Shown: positions 19,889 to 29,476 of the stretch, one piece after another
How the letters are laid out: every line of letters begins with the position of its first letter
Position numbering within the stretch: the stretch's first letter is position 1
Source of the DNA: Alphaproteobacteria bacterium UBA6149
Lineage (GTDB): Bacteria; Pseudomonadota; Alphaproteobacteria; Rickettsiales; UBA998
Direction: 5' to 3'
Length of the DNA stretch: 64,000 bases
NCBI GenBank assembly: GCA_002423155.1
Contig: DIUV01000048.1
Span: 517 to 64,516 of the forward strand
Notes under the pieces: model-generated
The model's input: the letters and a program-made list of their open reading frames with translations, nothing else
Told to the model about the DNA's origin: nothing
Databases searched by the model: none
Program-made: the position numbers and the translations under genes

Positions 19889-20917
19889 ATGGCAGAAGCT
19901 CCCATAGCTCGGGAAGATTATCGATTGCTTACTGGTATGCAAAAATCGGCTATTTTATTGATGGCGGTTGATGAGGCGAATGCTACCAAAATATTTTCTA
20001 TTATGGAAGATGACGAGATTAAAGACATGTCCAACGCCATGTCTAGCTTGGGTAGTATTAGTGCGGATACAATGGAGCGTTTATTCTTAGAGTTTGTTGA
20101 AAGAATGGCAGCTTCGGGCGTGGTGATGGGAACTTATGAAAGTACCGAGAAACTGTTGCTCAAAGCTTTGGGTAAGGATCGGGTGGACTCTATTATGGAG
20201 GATATTCGTGGACCTGCTGGGCGTACTACTTGGGATAAATTGGGTAATGTTAATGAAGAAGTTCTGGCTAACTTCTTGAAAAATGAGTATCCGCAAACTA
20301 TTGCTTTAGTACTTACTAAATTAACTGCTGCTCATGCTGCACGAGTATTATCGGTATTAAACGATGATTTGGCTATGGAAGTCATCATGCGGATGATTTC
20401 CATGGATTCAGTGAAAAAAGAGGTTCTTGAGGGGATTGAAAAAACTCTTCGGGTTGAGTTTATGAATAATCTTACCAAAATTCAGCGGCGTGATACGCAT
20501 GAAGTTATGGCGGAAATATTCAATAACTTTGACCGTAACAATGAAGCCAAATTTATGAGTAAGTTAGAAGAACAGGCGGCGGATGTGGCAGAGCATGTAC
20601 GTTCGTTGATGTTTACTTTCGAGGATTTGTCCAAACTCGATACTGCGGGCATTCAGACTTTGCTACGAGTTATCGACAAAGACAAGTTGGGTACGGCATT
20701 GAAAGGTGCTTCGGCTACTATTAAAACTTTGTTCTTTAGTAATATGTCTGAGCGTGCATCGAAAATTCTGAATGAAGATATGGAGTCTATGGGACCAGTT
20801 CGCTTAAAAGATGTGGACGAGGCGCAAATGTATATTGTTACTACCGCTAAAAATCTAGCGGCTAAGGGTGACATTGTGATTGCGGATGCTAGTGGCGAAG
20901 ATCAGATGGTATATTAA
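19889..20917 (+). CDS. fliG: flagellar motor switch protein FliG
   Basis: LTGMQKSAILLMAVDEANATKIF...EDDEIKDMSNAMSSLG, and a C-terminal torque-helix region. Confidence 0.95.
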   Translation: MAEAPIAREDYRLLTGMQKSAILLMAVDEANATKIFSIMEDDEIKDMSNAMSSLGSISADTMERLFLEFVERMAASGVVMGTYESTEKLLLKALGKDRVDSIMEDIRGPAGRTTWDKLGNVNEEVLANFLKNEYPQTIALVLTKLTAAHAARVLSVLNDDLAMEVIMRMISMDSVKKEVLEGIEKTLRVEFMNNLTKIQRRDTHEVMAEIFNNFDRNNEAKFMSKLEEQAADVAEHVRSLMFTFEDLSKLDTAGIQTLLRVIDKDKLGTALKGASATIKTLFFSNMSERASKILNEDMESMGPVRLKDVDEAQMYIVTTAKNLAAKGDIVIADASGEDQMVY

Positions 20918-21705
20918 TGAAACCGAGCATTTTTGCCAATTCTTTGCCATCTAAGCGGTTCGATTTTTTCGCGCTGCGTGATTTTAATGTGGTTTCTGAT
21001 TGTGATGAAGTTGAAGAAGTTATTGTAGATGAAATTGAGGAGGTTGCGCCGCCACCGCCGGAACCTGTTTTTTATAGTCAACTAGAAGTTGATAGGATGT
21101 TAGAAAAGGCCAAACAGGAGGCGCACGCAGAATTTTTTGCTCAAGCAGTGGAAAAGGCTGGTTTAGATGAAGAAAAATTAGAGCAGGCGTTACTTTTAGG
21201 AATAGAAGCAATGCGGGCGCAGTTGCAGAATTTTCAGGCAGAATATCATAGTTCAGTAAAAGCAAAACATGCAGAATTAGTGGAGCTGGGATTATTGGTC
21301 GCCAAAAAACTGGCAGGTTCTGCGTTGGAGAAGAATCCCACTGCGGCAATTGAGGATATGTTGTCTTCTTGTTTACCATTATTGCTAAAAAAACCTAAAA
21401 TAGTCCTGACTATGCATCCAACTACTTTGAAGTTGTTTAATAAAAAGGCAAAAAATATTTTAGAAAATAAGGGTTTTGAGGGTATTTTAAATATTGAATC
21501 TTCGGATGATTTGTTAGCTAGCGATTGTCGAATTAACTGGGGTGATGGGCAGGCGGAGAAAAATAGTCAAGCTTTATGGCAAGATATTCTTAAGTTATTG
21601 GGACATTGTCCTCCCAATATAACCGCCCCAGAAGCTATAAATGTCAAAAAATCTAAAAACCCTGAAGAAAATATAAATGCCAAAGAAAATATAAACGATA
21701 ATTAA
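20917..21705 (+). CDS. fliH: flagellar assembly protein FliH (FlbE-like)
   Basis: Its position between fliG and fliN matches the Caulobacter fliF operon. It has a coiled-coil Glu/Ala-rich centre and a C-terminal IVLTMHP...DCRINWGDG pattern. TAATG overlap with fliG. Confidence 0.65.
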   Translation: MKPSIFANSLPSKRFDFFALRDFNVVSDCDEVEEVIVDEIEEVAPPPPEPVFYSQLEVDRMLEKAKQEAHAEFFAQAVEKAGLDEEKLEQALLLGIEAMRAQLQNFQAEYHSSVKAKHAELVELGLLVAKKLAGSALEKNPTAAIEDMLSSCLPLLLKKPKIVLTMHPTTLKLFNKKAKNILENKGFEGILNIESSDDLLASDCRINWGDGQAEKNSQALWQDILKLLGHCPPNITAPEAINVKKSKNPEENINAKENINDN

Positions 21706-21722
21706 TATTAAGGAGTAATCTT

Positions 21723-22010
21723 ATGTCTGACGATTTTGCTAATATACTATCGGGTGATAGCGATTATATCTCCCTCGAAGCGGTGCAGGATATTCCTATT
21801 CAGATTTCGGTAGTGCTCGGCAAAACTTCAATGCCCGTTAGCCAATTATTGAAACTCGGACGCGGTACCGTAGTTGAGTTAGATAAAAAAGTTGGGGAAC
21901 CAATTGATATTTATGTAAATAATCGCATTGTTGCTCGTGGAGAGGTGGTGGTAGTAGAAGACCGTATCGGGATTACGATGACGGAAATTATTAAACCAGA
22001 TAAGAAATAG
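21723..22010 (+). CDS. fliN: flagellar motor switch protein FliN
   Basis: 95 aa with the SpoA-type core IQISVVLGKTSMPVSQLLKLGRGTVVELDKKVGEPIDIYVNNRIVARGEVVVV. Confidence 0.9.
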   Translation: MSDDFANILSGDSDYISLEAVQDIPIQISVVLGKTSMPVSQLLKLGRGTVVELDKKVGEPIDIYVNNRIVARGEVVVVEDRIGITMTEIIKPDKK

Positions 22011-22035
22011 GAAATTATAAAAAATACTGTAATAA

Positions 22036-22247
22036 ACGACAATATTATTAATATTATTAAGTTGTTGGGTTCTATGTTAAAAACACTCTCTCCATCGTCA
22101 TCCCCGCTTAAAGAGCGGGGATGACGATGGAGAACATTGATATATATATAAATAAATTTAATTGGACAGTAGTGCGTCTGCACGGGAATGACGATGGAGA
22201 GTGTTGAAATATATAAATATACTGTTGTTAATAATACTGTCGTGTAG
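22036..22247. repeat. modular hairpin repeat element (fliN-flbD spacer)
   Basis: The ends are ACGACAATATTATTAAT (22036) and inverted GTTAATAATACTGTCGTGTAG (22227-22247). Inside are the hairpin CTCTCCATCGTCATCCCCGC..GCGGGGATGACGATGGAGA (22087-22134) and a further arm, ATGACGATGGAGAGTGTT, at 22188-22205. Confidence 0.85.
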
Positions 22248-22334
22248 AATAGTTTAATTGATTAAATCTCTGGGCAGTTAAAACCACTATAAACTCTTTA
22301 AAAAAAGAGTTGAAAATAAAAAAGGAAAAAAGAA

Positions 22335-23672
22335 ATGCGCCTGATGATTGTCGGGGACTTAAAGGGTCAGATTGGAGCTGCGAGCCGCATTGTGCGTAAT
22401 CGCGGAGCGAAGGTAACGCAAGTGGATAATATTGCTTTGGCGTTTGACTGTTTGTGCGCTGGTCATGGGGCGGATTTGTTAATGGTTGATGTTCAACAAG
22501 ATATTGATAAATTATCACAATTATTGCGAACGGAGCGTATTAATGTGCCCATAGTTGCTTGTGGGGTGAACGTAGATGCCAAAACCGCAGCCGATGCTAT
22601 TCGTGCTGGTGCGCAAGAATATATTCCCCTACCTCCAGATGAAGAATTAATTGCGGCCGTGTTAGAAGCCATAGCCGAAGAAAGTAATAATGTGATTTTT
22701 GCCTCCAAAGCTATGCAAGAGGTAATAAAACTTGCCGACCAGGTGGCCACGTCGCCAGCCAGTGTGCTGATTACGGGTGAATCGGGTACGGGTAAGGAAG
22801 TTATTGCGCGTTATATTCATGCAAAATCCAGTCGGGCAGCGCAGATATTTATATCCTTAAACTGTGCGGCAATTCCTGAGAATTTATTGGAATCCGAGCT
22901 GTTTGGGCATGAAAAGGGCGCTTTTACTGGAGCAGCAGCGCGGCGGATTGGTAAGTTTGAAGAAGCGAATAAAGGAACCTTGTTGCTGGATGAAATCAGC
23001 GAGATGGATATTCGTTTGCAGTCTAAATTATTACGTGCCGTACAAGAGCGGGTGATTGATAGGGTAGGGGGAAATACTCCCGTGAAGGTGGATATTCGTA
23101 TTTTGGCAACCAGCAACCGTGATTTATTGAGTGAAGTACAAAAAGGTAATTTCCGTGAAGATTTATATTTTCGTTTGAATGTGATTAATATAAATATTCC
23201 TCCTTTGCGTGAACGACCAGAGGATATTATCCTTTTAGGACAGCACTTTATTGATAAATATTCTCAAGCTAATGCTATTGCTACACGCAAACTTTCGGCA
23301 GCTGCGATGCAGAAAATGCAAAATTATCGTTGGCCGGGCAATGTACGAGAATTAGAAAATTTGATGCATCGTGCAGTTTTGATGGCGCAAGAGTCAGAGA
23401 TTGAGGCGGCGGCAATTAATATTGTTAGCGATGCTGGGCAAAATATTCCTCAAGCAGCAAGCAGAGCAGCGGAAGTTGCGCCGAGTCATAATCAATATCA
23501 AACATCGGATTTTACGCCTTTAGTGGGGCAAACGGTGGCGGATGTGGAGCGTGAGTTGATTTTATGTACGTTAAGCCATTGTTTAGGCAATCGTACCCAT
23601 GCTTCTAATATATTAGGAATTTCTATCCGTACCCTGCGGAATAAATTAAAAATTTATGGACAAGCTGAATGA
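22335..23672 (+). CDS. flbD: sigma-54-dependent flagellar transcriptional regulator FlbD
   Basis: The N-terminus MRLMIVGDLKGQIG...GADLLMVDV...VPIVACGV...IPLPPD..LIAAVL closely parallels Caulobacter FlbD. It has an AAA+ core with GESGTGKE and GAFTGA, and a C-terminal HTH. Confidence 0.9.
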   Translation: MRLMIVGDLKGQIGAASRIVRNRGAKVTQVDNIALAFDCLCAGHGADLLMVDVQQDIDKLSQLLRTERINVPIVACGVNVDAKTAADAIRAGAQEYIPLPPDEELIAAVLEAIAEESNNVIFASKAMQEVIKLADQVATSPASVLITGESGTGKEVIARYIHAKSSRAAQIFISLNCAAIPENLLESELFGHEKGAFTGAAARRIGKFEEANKGTLLLDEISEMDIRLQSKLLRAVQERVIDRVGGNTPVKVDIRILATSNRDLLSEVQKGNFREDLYFRLNVININIPPLRERPEDIILLGQHFIDKYSQANAIATRKLSAAAMQKMQNYRWPGNVRELENLMHRAVLMAQESEIEAAAINIVSDAGQNIPQAASRAAEVAPSHNQYQTSDFTPLVGQTVADVERELILCTLSHCLGNRTHASNILGISIRTLRNKLKIYGQAE

Positions 23673-25828
23673 ATGAAGCCGTAAAAACCGCCGCACCGTT
23701 TAATAATTTTGGTTTTAACCGAATGAATATTTTATGGCGTCCAGATATTGCCTTTGCCCTAGGGGTAGTGGGAATTTTGATGGTATTGCTGGTACCTGTA
23801 CCTAAATGGTTTTTGGACTTTTTATTGGGTATTTCTATCACTATTTCGGTATTGATTTTGATGACGGTGATGTTTGTCGAAAAGCCGCTGAATTTAAGCT
23901 CTTTTCCAACGGTATTATTGATTTCCACCATGTTGCGACTCTCACTTAATATTGCTTCAACGCGCTTGGTTTTGGGGCATGGGCATGAGGGAACCGCATC
24001 GGCTGGACATGTTATTGAGGCATTCGGAAAATTCGTAATGGGTGGCTCGGTATTGATTGGGGCAATTATTTTCGCCATTCTAACCATTATCAACTTCGTG
24101 GTTATCACCAAAGGTTCGGGGCGCATTGCCGAGGTTTCTGCGCGGTTTAGTTTAGATGCAATGCCGGGAAAACAAATGGCGATTGATGCGGATTTATCCG
24201 CAGGAATGATTGACGAAGATACTGCGCGCAAGCGGCGCAAAGAGTTAGAAGATGAAAGTACCTTTTTTGGTTCGATGGATGGGGCGAGTAAATTCGTACG
24301 TGGAGATGCGATTGCAGGCTTATTGATTACCTTTATTAACTTTATTGGCGGTATTATTATTGGTACGGTCATGCATGGTCTGACTTTTAAGCAAGCGCTT
24401 GAAACTTATGCTATTTTAACGATTGGTGATGGTCTGGTTTCGCAAATTCCTGCTTTGATTGTTTCGACCGCTGCGGGTCTTTTGGTTACTAAGGCTGGGG
24501 TTGCTGGTTCAGCAGAAAAAGCGGTGATTGGGCAATTAGGGCGTTTTCCTGCGGCGATTGGTTTGACTAGCTTTTTGCTAGCTTCAATTGCTTTGATGCC
24601 GGGGATTCCCAAGGCTCCTTTTTTATTCATTGCGGTGAGTGTGGGTTTAATTGCTTGGTGGGTGAAGCGCAATCCTGCTTTGCAAGATGGAGAAACTAGC
24701 AAGCGTATTGCTATGGGCGGGCATAGTTATGCTGGTGGTGAAAATCTTCCGGTGCAGTTGGATGAAAACGGTAAGCCTATGCCAGCACCAGCGGCAGAAG
24801 ATTTGGCAGAAGTGTTGAAATTGGATACGCTGCGTTTAGAATTGGGTTATGGTTTGTTGCCGTTGATTAATTATCAAAAAGGGCATCGCCTGACCGAACA
24901 AATCAAGGCATTGCGTAAACAAGTGGCGCGTGAGTTGGGCTTTATTATGCCACCTGTGCGGATTCAGGATAATATGCAGCTGCCTGCTAATAGCTATGTG
25001 GTAAAGGTGAAGGAAATGGAAGCTGGGCGCGGAGAAATTCGCCCTGATATGCTTTTGGTGATGGATCCTAGTGGCAATAAAATTAATTTACCGGGAGAAG
25101 AGACGATAGAGCCGACTTTTGGTTTGCCCGCTATGTGGATAAATGAAACTTACCGTGAAGAGGCTTTGTTTCGTAATCTCACCGTGGTGGATCCGCCGAC
25201 AGTTATTACTACCCATTTGACCGAGTTGGTGAAGCATAATCTTTCTGAGTTGTTGTCTTATGCCGAAACTCAGAAATTACTGGATGATTTGGGGCAGGAT
25301 CAGCAAAAACTTATTGCCGAGACGATTCCTTCGCAGATTTCTATGGGTGGTGTGCAGCGTGTGTTGCAGAATTTGTTGGCAGAAGGAGTATCTATCCGCG
25401 ATCTTTCAACTATTTTGGAGGCTATCGCCGAGGCTTCTCGCGTTACTCAAAATGTGCTGATGGTTACCGAGCATGTGCGTACCCGTTTGGCGCGGCAAAT
25501 TAGCCATGCGGTTACTTGTGAAGAAGGGTATATCCCAATTATTGCTATGTCACCTACTTGGGAGCAGACTTTTGTGGAGTCTTTATCAGGTGATGGTGAA
25601 GAACGCAGTTTGAACTTGGCACCAACGAAGATTCAAGAATTTATTACGGCGATTCGTAATGTTTTTGACCAACAAAATATGAGTGGTGAAAACCCAATTT
25701 TATTAACCAGCCCGATTATTCGTCCTTATGTACGCTCGATTGTTGAACGTTTCCGCGCCAATACCGCGGTGATGTCACAAAATGAAATTCATACACGGGC
25801 GAAAATCAAGACTTTGGGGCAGTTGTAG
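23669..25828 (+). CDS. flhA: flagellar export apparatus protein FlhA
   Basis: 719 aa with FPTVLLISTMLRLSLNIASTRLVL, RIAEVSARFSLDAMPGKQMAIDADL and FVRGDAIAGLLIT. Confidence 0.95.
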   Translation: MNEAVKTAAPFNNFGFNRMNILWRPDIAFALGVVGILMVLLVPVPKWFLDFLLGISITISVLILMTVMFVEKPLNLSSFPTVLLISTMLRLSLNIASTRLVLGHGHEGTASAGHVIEAFGKFVMGGSVLIGAIIFAILTIINFVVITKGSGRIAEVSARFSLDAMPGKQMAIDADLSAGMIDEDTARKRRKELEDESTFFGSMDGASKFVRGDAIAGLLITFINFIGGIIIGTVMHGLTFKQALETYAILTIGDGLVSQIPALIVSTAAGLLVTKAGVAGSAEKAVIGQLGRFPAAIGLTSFLLASIALMPGIPKAPFLFIAVSVGLIAWWVKRNPALQDGETSKRIAMGGHSYAGGENLPVQLDENGKPMPAPAAEDLAEVLKLDTLRLELGYGLLPLINYQKGHRLTEQIKALRKQVARELGFIMPPVRIQDNMQLPANSYVVKVKEMEAGRGEIRPDMLLVMDPSGNKINLPGEETIEPTFGLPAMWINETYREEALFRNLTVVDPPTVITTHLTELVKHNLSELLSYAETQKLLDDLGQDQQKLIAETIPSQISMGGVQRVLQNLLAEGVSIRDLSTILEAIAEASRVTQNVLMVTEHVRTRLARQISHAVTCEEGYIPIIAMSPTWEQTFVESLSGDGEERSLNLAPTKIQEFITAIRNVFDQQNMSGENPILLTSPIIRPYVRSIVERFRANTAVMSQNEIHTRAKIKTLGQL

Positions 25829-25839
25829 ATAAAATATTG

Positions 25840-25878
25840 AAAAAAGCCCCCACGCTTTTGAGGTGTGGAGGCTTTTTT
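25840..25878. terminator. bidirectional terminator between flhA and the convergent ORF
   Basis: AAAAAGCCCCCAC-loop-GTGGAGGCTTTTTT, with one mismatch in the stem. Confidence 0.7.
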
Positions 25879-25884
25879 GCCGTT

Positions 25885-26289
25885 TTATCCCTTCCAATTG
25901 AAGGTAAAAATGGTTTGTTGATTTATGGCATCATAATCCGCCCAATATTCACAATTGGAGCGGTTTATATAGGTAAAAAAACAAATCGCAGATATTTCTT
26001 CGCGCAATTTAATTTTTTTATCAGTCAGTTTTGCAATGTAGATGGTCTTGTCATCTGACTGAATATTCAGAACTTTTCCAGCAAGATCATATAACACAAA
26101 CATCTTGCAAAAAGCATTGCCATTTTGTGCCCCATGAAAAGTTAGTTCGGATTTATCGGTCCGCATTTCGTAATCATGCTGACCATCAAATAGCAAAACC
26201 GCATTGTTGCTAGGAATTAAGAAATTCCATACGTCATATTTTGTTTCTGCTGTTTGAAAACCAATAAAAAATTTGTCGATTCGAGCCAT
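25885..26289 (-). CDS. hypothetical protein
   Basis: 134-aa ORF with its own terminator. No TM segment and no family recognised. Confidence 0.5.
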   Translation of the reverse strand: MARIDKFFIGFQTAETKYDVWNFLIPSNNAVLLFDGQHDYEMRTDKSELTFHGAQNGNAFCKMFVLYDLAGKVLNIQSDDKTIYIAKLTDKKIKLREEISAICFFTYINRSNCEYWADYDAINQQTIFTFNWKG

Positions 26290-26462
26290 ATAGTGCTCCT
26301 AAAAAATGCGCCCTTTTAGAAAAAAAGGTCGCGAATGAGAAAAAGGTTTTTTGTTAAAAAACTTCCCGATAAATATTATGTGTGTACATAATTTAGACCA
26401 AATATAGTCAATTAACGGGGTGATATTATAATTTTGGTGGGGAAAAGCAAATTTATTTTTTA

Positions 26463-26536
26463 TGAATAATACTGTCCGATTAAAATATACATATATATCA
26501 GCACTCTCCGTCGTCAGGGATGACGACGGAGAGTTG
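26463..26536. repeat. short member of the hairpin repeat family, also placed as the metK terminator
   Basis: GAATAATACTGTCCG end module plus hairpin CACTCTCCGTCGTCA-ggga-TGACGACGGAGAGTT (26502-26535), 7 nt 3' of the metK stop. Confidence 0.8.
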
Positions 26537-26542
26537 TTTTAA

Positions 26543-27739
26543 CTACCACATGAAATGTTCTTTTAATTTATCCACTAAGTCTAGTTTCTCCCACGAAAAA
26601 CTGCCATCTGCTCCTGCTTCGCGACCGAAATGTCCGTAGGCGGCGGTTTTGGCGTAGATGGGTTTGTTTAGTCCTAGATGTTCGCGGATTCCGCGGGGGG
26701 AAAGATCCATTAATTCTAATAATATAGTTTCAATTTTTTGCTCATCCACTCGCGCAGTGCCGTTGGTGTTTACATAAAAAGAAGTAGGATGCGAAACGCC
26801 AATTGCATAAGAAATCTGGATAGTGCAGCGACTTGCTAATTTCGCCGCCACCACGTTTTTTGCCAGATAACGGGCAGCATAAGCAGCTGAACGATCTACT
26901 TTTGTGGGGTCTTTACCCGAAAAAGCACCGCCGCCATGCGGAGAAGAGCCGCCGTAAGTATCGACAATAATTTTGCGCCCGGTCAAGCCTGCATCACCAT
27001 CGGGACCGCCAATTACGAATTTTCCTGTGGGGTTTACGTAAAATTTAGCATCTTTGCACCAGCCTTCGGGTAATACGGCAAGTACTTCTTTTTGTACTAT
27101 TTCTTTGATGCGTTCTTGCGAAACATCTTCTTTATGCTGGGTAGAAACCACAATTGCATCGGCACGCACTGGTTTTCCATTGGCATAAACCAGGCTCACC
27201 TGGCTTTTGGCATCAGGCCCTAGTTCAGGATAGGCGCCGCTATGGCGGCCTTTCGCAAGATTTAACAATATATTATTGGCATAACAAATAGGAGCCGGCA
27301 TGAATTGTTCGGTTTCATCACAAGCAAAACCAAACATAATTCCTTGGTCACCTGCGCCTTCGTCTTTATTGTCACCTGCATCTACGCCCATGGCAATATC
27401 GGCGGATTGTTCGTGTAGCAAATTAACAATTTTAAGATTTTTCCAGTGGAAGCCTTCTTGGTCATAGCCAATTTCGCGCACTTTTTCGCGTACTAATTCT
27501 TCTACACGTTCTTTAGTTAGCACTTCTGCACCGCGGATTTCACCTGCTACGGTTACATGGTTAGTGGTTGCCAGAACTTCTGCCGCGCAACGCGCTTGCG
27601 GGTTATGTGCAAGTGCTGCGTCTAGCAAAGTGTCGGAAATTTGGTCACATAATTTATCGGGATGTCCTTCCGATACGGATTCGGAAGTGAAAATATAGCT
27701 TCTGCGCCCCACGCGGCGGTCTTTTTCATATAGTAACAT
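26543..27739 (-). CDS. metK: S-adenosylmethionine synthetase
   Basis: [19 protein letters not shown] and GGGAFSGKD motifs. The start is set at ATG 27739 ([20 protein letters not shown]). The track's 27910 start adds 57 aa that do not resemble MetK. Confidence 0.95.
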   Translation of the reverse strand: MLLYEKDRRVGRRSYIFTSESVSEGHPDKLCDQISDTLLDAALAHNPQARCAAEVLATTNHVTVAGEIRGAEVLTKERVEELVREKVREIGYDQEGFHWKNLKIVNLLHEQSADIAMGVDAGDNKDEGAGDQGIMFGFACDETEQFMPAPICYANNILLNLAKGRHSGAYPELGPDAKSQVSLVYANGKPVRADAIVVSTQHKEDVSQERIKEIVQKEVLAVLPEGWCKDAKFYVNPTGKFVIGGPDGDAGLTGRKIIVDTYGGSSPHGGGAFSGKDPTKVDRSAAYAARYLAKNVVAAKLASRCTIQISYAIGVSHPTSFYVNTNGTARVDEQKIETILLELMDLSPRGIREHLGLNKPIYAKTAAYGHFGREAGADGSFSWEKLDLVDKLKEHFMW

Positions 27740-28050
27740 TACACGTCTCCATTTTTGTCTGTTTATGGTGACGTGGGAACGTGAGTTAAACCCACGAACC
27801 GTGCTTAGTCCGAATATGTCTGTCAAGCACGAGAAATCCCCACATCCAGTTTTTTTATAATTATATAAAACTGAACGCATAGTTATATGGAGATTTACAA
27901 GAACAAGCAAGTATAGATTGTCACATAATCTTCACACAAAAACCCTGATAAATTGCGTATTATGTGAGAATAGGGGTGCTGTCATGAAATATGCGCATGT
28001 CTATATATAGTTGGGGGATGTTGGAAAATTTGAGGAAAAGAATATAAACA

Positions 28051-29472
28051 TTGGAAAATAGCGAAAAATTGTCCCGGATTGATAAGGTTGCCGAGTTGCC
28101 AAAACTGGCATCTAAGGTGGAAACTTTGCGTACCCCTAATTCGCCGATTTTCCACCAAGAAGCGCAGCAAAAAGCAAAAGAACCAGCTGCGACTACGGGT
28201 GAAACGGTTTTCAATTATTCTACTTATCTTGCTGTGGGTTATCTGGCTAATTTTGCGGTTTCGGTGTACACGGCTTATGCGGCGGATCATGGTTGGTTGG
28301 CGCCTAGGGCTGCGAGAGGGGCGCGTTGGACAGGAAATAATTTTTTCCGTCAATCTGGTGAGGAGCTAGAAAACGCTGGCAAGTTGGAAAAAATTGGCAA
28401 CTCGATAAAAGAAACTTTCAATAATATTATTGGTAAAGGCAAAGGTGAATTTTCAGAAGGGGAAATGCACCGCGCGGAGGAAGTATTTAATTATTTTCGG
28501 ACTAATGAAAAATATAAGGAAGCTTTTAAAAATGGAAAAGGTGAGTTTATTCACTCTATTGTTGAAGCAAAGCCAGAAATTATTGCTGAATTAAATACGC
28601 ATTTAAAAAATTCTTCTAACGAAAATTTAAAAAATTTGGCTGAGCTTACTAGTGATAATTACAAAGACATGCATCGGGCGCTTACCAGCTTTAATCGGGG
28701 GAATGGTTTTATAAGTTTTACGGCATTAAATGTGGGCGGTTGGGCGGTTTTGGCTCCCATGCTGGGCTTGGAGAAAAATAAGCAAAAATTGGTGGAAAAG
28801 TATGATAATCATTTCATTGATGGTAAAACTGACCAACAAAAACAAGAAATAGAAGCGCGGCATGAATATTTGAAATGTCAGCCCGAACAAACATTGGGCA
28901 CTATGTTAAGTTCGCGCGTGGTTTCTACGGGGGCTATTTATGCTACCTTGTTTGCAGTGGGTACGCATAATAATTGGTTTACTAAAATTACCAAAATAAA
29001 ATTTAATGGCATTAGTGACTTTTTGGAGAAAAAGGCTACGGAATTTACGCAGATTATTTCTAAGAACGAAAACACCAAAGCTGGGTTTAATAAAGTGGGG
29101 GATATTCTGCTTAAAAAAGAAATTGCAGATGGAGTTGCCGGAGAAAAATTAGCGGATTTGAAAAAAAGCCGAATGGAAAGTTTGGCAACTTATATTTTTA
29201 CTGATTCTGTTTATGCTGGGATTATGGCATGTTACGTGTTTTTGGGCACGCGCTTACTTGCGCCTTTTATGGGATCAAAAAAGGAAGAATTTGCGGCGGA
29301 TTGTGAACAGGGAAATATGCCAAATAATGCTGACTCAGTCACGCCACATAAGCCCAATAATTTTGCACCCGCGAGCCAGCCAGAAAAACCTAACAGTAAT
29401 ATTAGTCAACCTGCTTATGATAATAGGTTGAAGTTGGTGGATTTTAATGGCTTGGCGCCTGCTGCTCATTAA
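28051..29472 (+). CDS. hypothetical membrane protein (about 4 TM segments)
   Basis: 473-aa ORF with hydrophobic segments YLAVGYLANFAVSVYTAYAA, FISFTALNVGGWAVLAPMLGL, VVSTGAIYATLFAVG and IFTDSVYAGIMACYVFLG. Lys/Glu/Asn-rich loops. No family recognised. Confidence 0.55.
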   Translation: MENSEKLSRIDKVAELPKLASKVETLRTPNSPIFHQEAQQKAKEPAATTGETVFNYSTYLAVGYLANFAVSVYTAYAADHGWLAPRAARGARWTGNNFFRQSGEELENAGKLEKIGNSIKETFNNIIGKGKGEFSEGEMHRAEEVFNYFRTNEKYKEAFKNGKGEFIHSIVEAKPEIIAELNTHLKNSSNENLKNLAELTSDNYKDMHRALTSFNRGNGFISFTALNVGGWAVLAPMLGLEKNKQKLVEKYDNHFIDGKTDQQKQEIEARHEYLKCQPEQTLGTMLSSRVVSTGAIYATLFAVGTHNNWFTKITKIKFNGISDFLEKKATEFTQIISKNENTKAGFNKVGDILLKKEIADGVAGEKLADLKKSRMESLATYIFTDSVYAGIMACYVFLGTRLLAPFMGSKKEEFAADCEQGNMPNNADSVTPHKPNNFAPASQPEKPNSNISQPAYDNRLKLVDFNGLAPAAH

Positions 29473-29476
29473 TTTA

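Noticed and set aside
23623-24372. 249-aa minus-strand ORF, and also 24406-24702.
   Set aside because: It is antisense to the strongly supported flhA and has a low-complexity Ile/Pro/Ser-rich translation with no motifs.
27740-27910. Long N-terminal extensions in the ORF track: metK to 27910, miaB to 40076, hom from 35743, fliF from 18017, pyrE from 2474, parE to 32106.
   Set aside because: The extensions are not family-like, they overlap neighbouring genes or repeats, and internal ATG codons give canonical N-termini.
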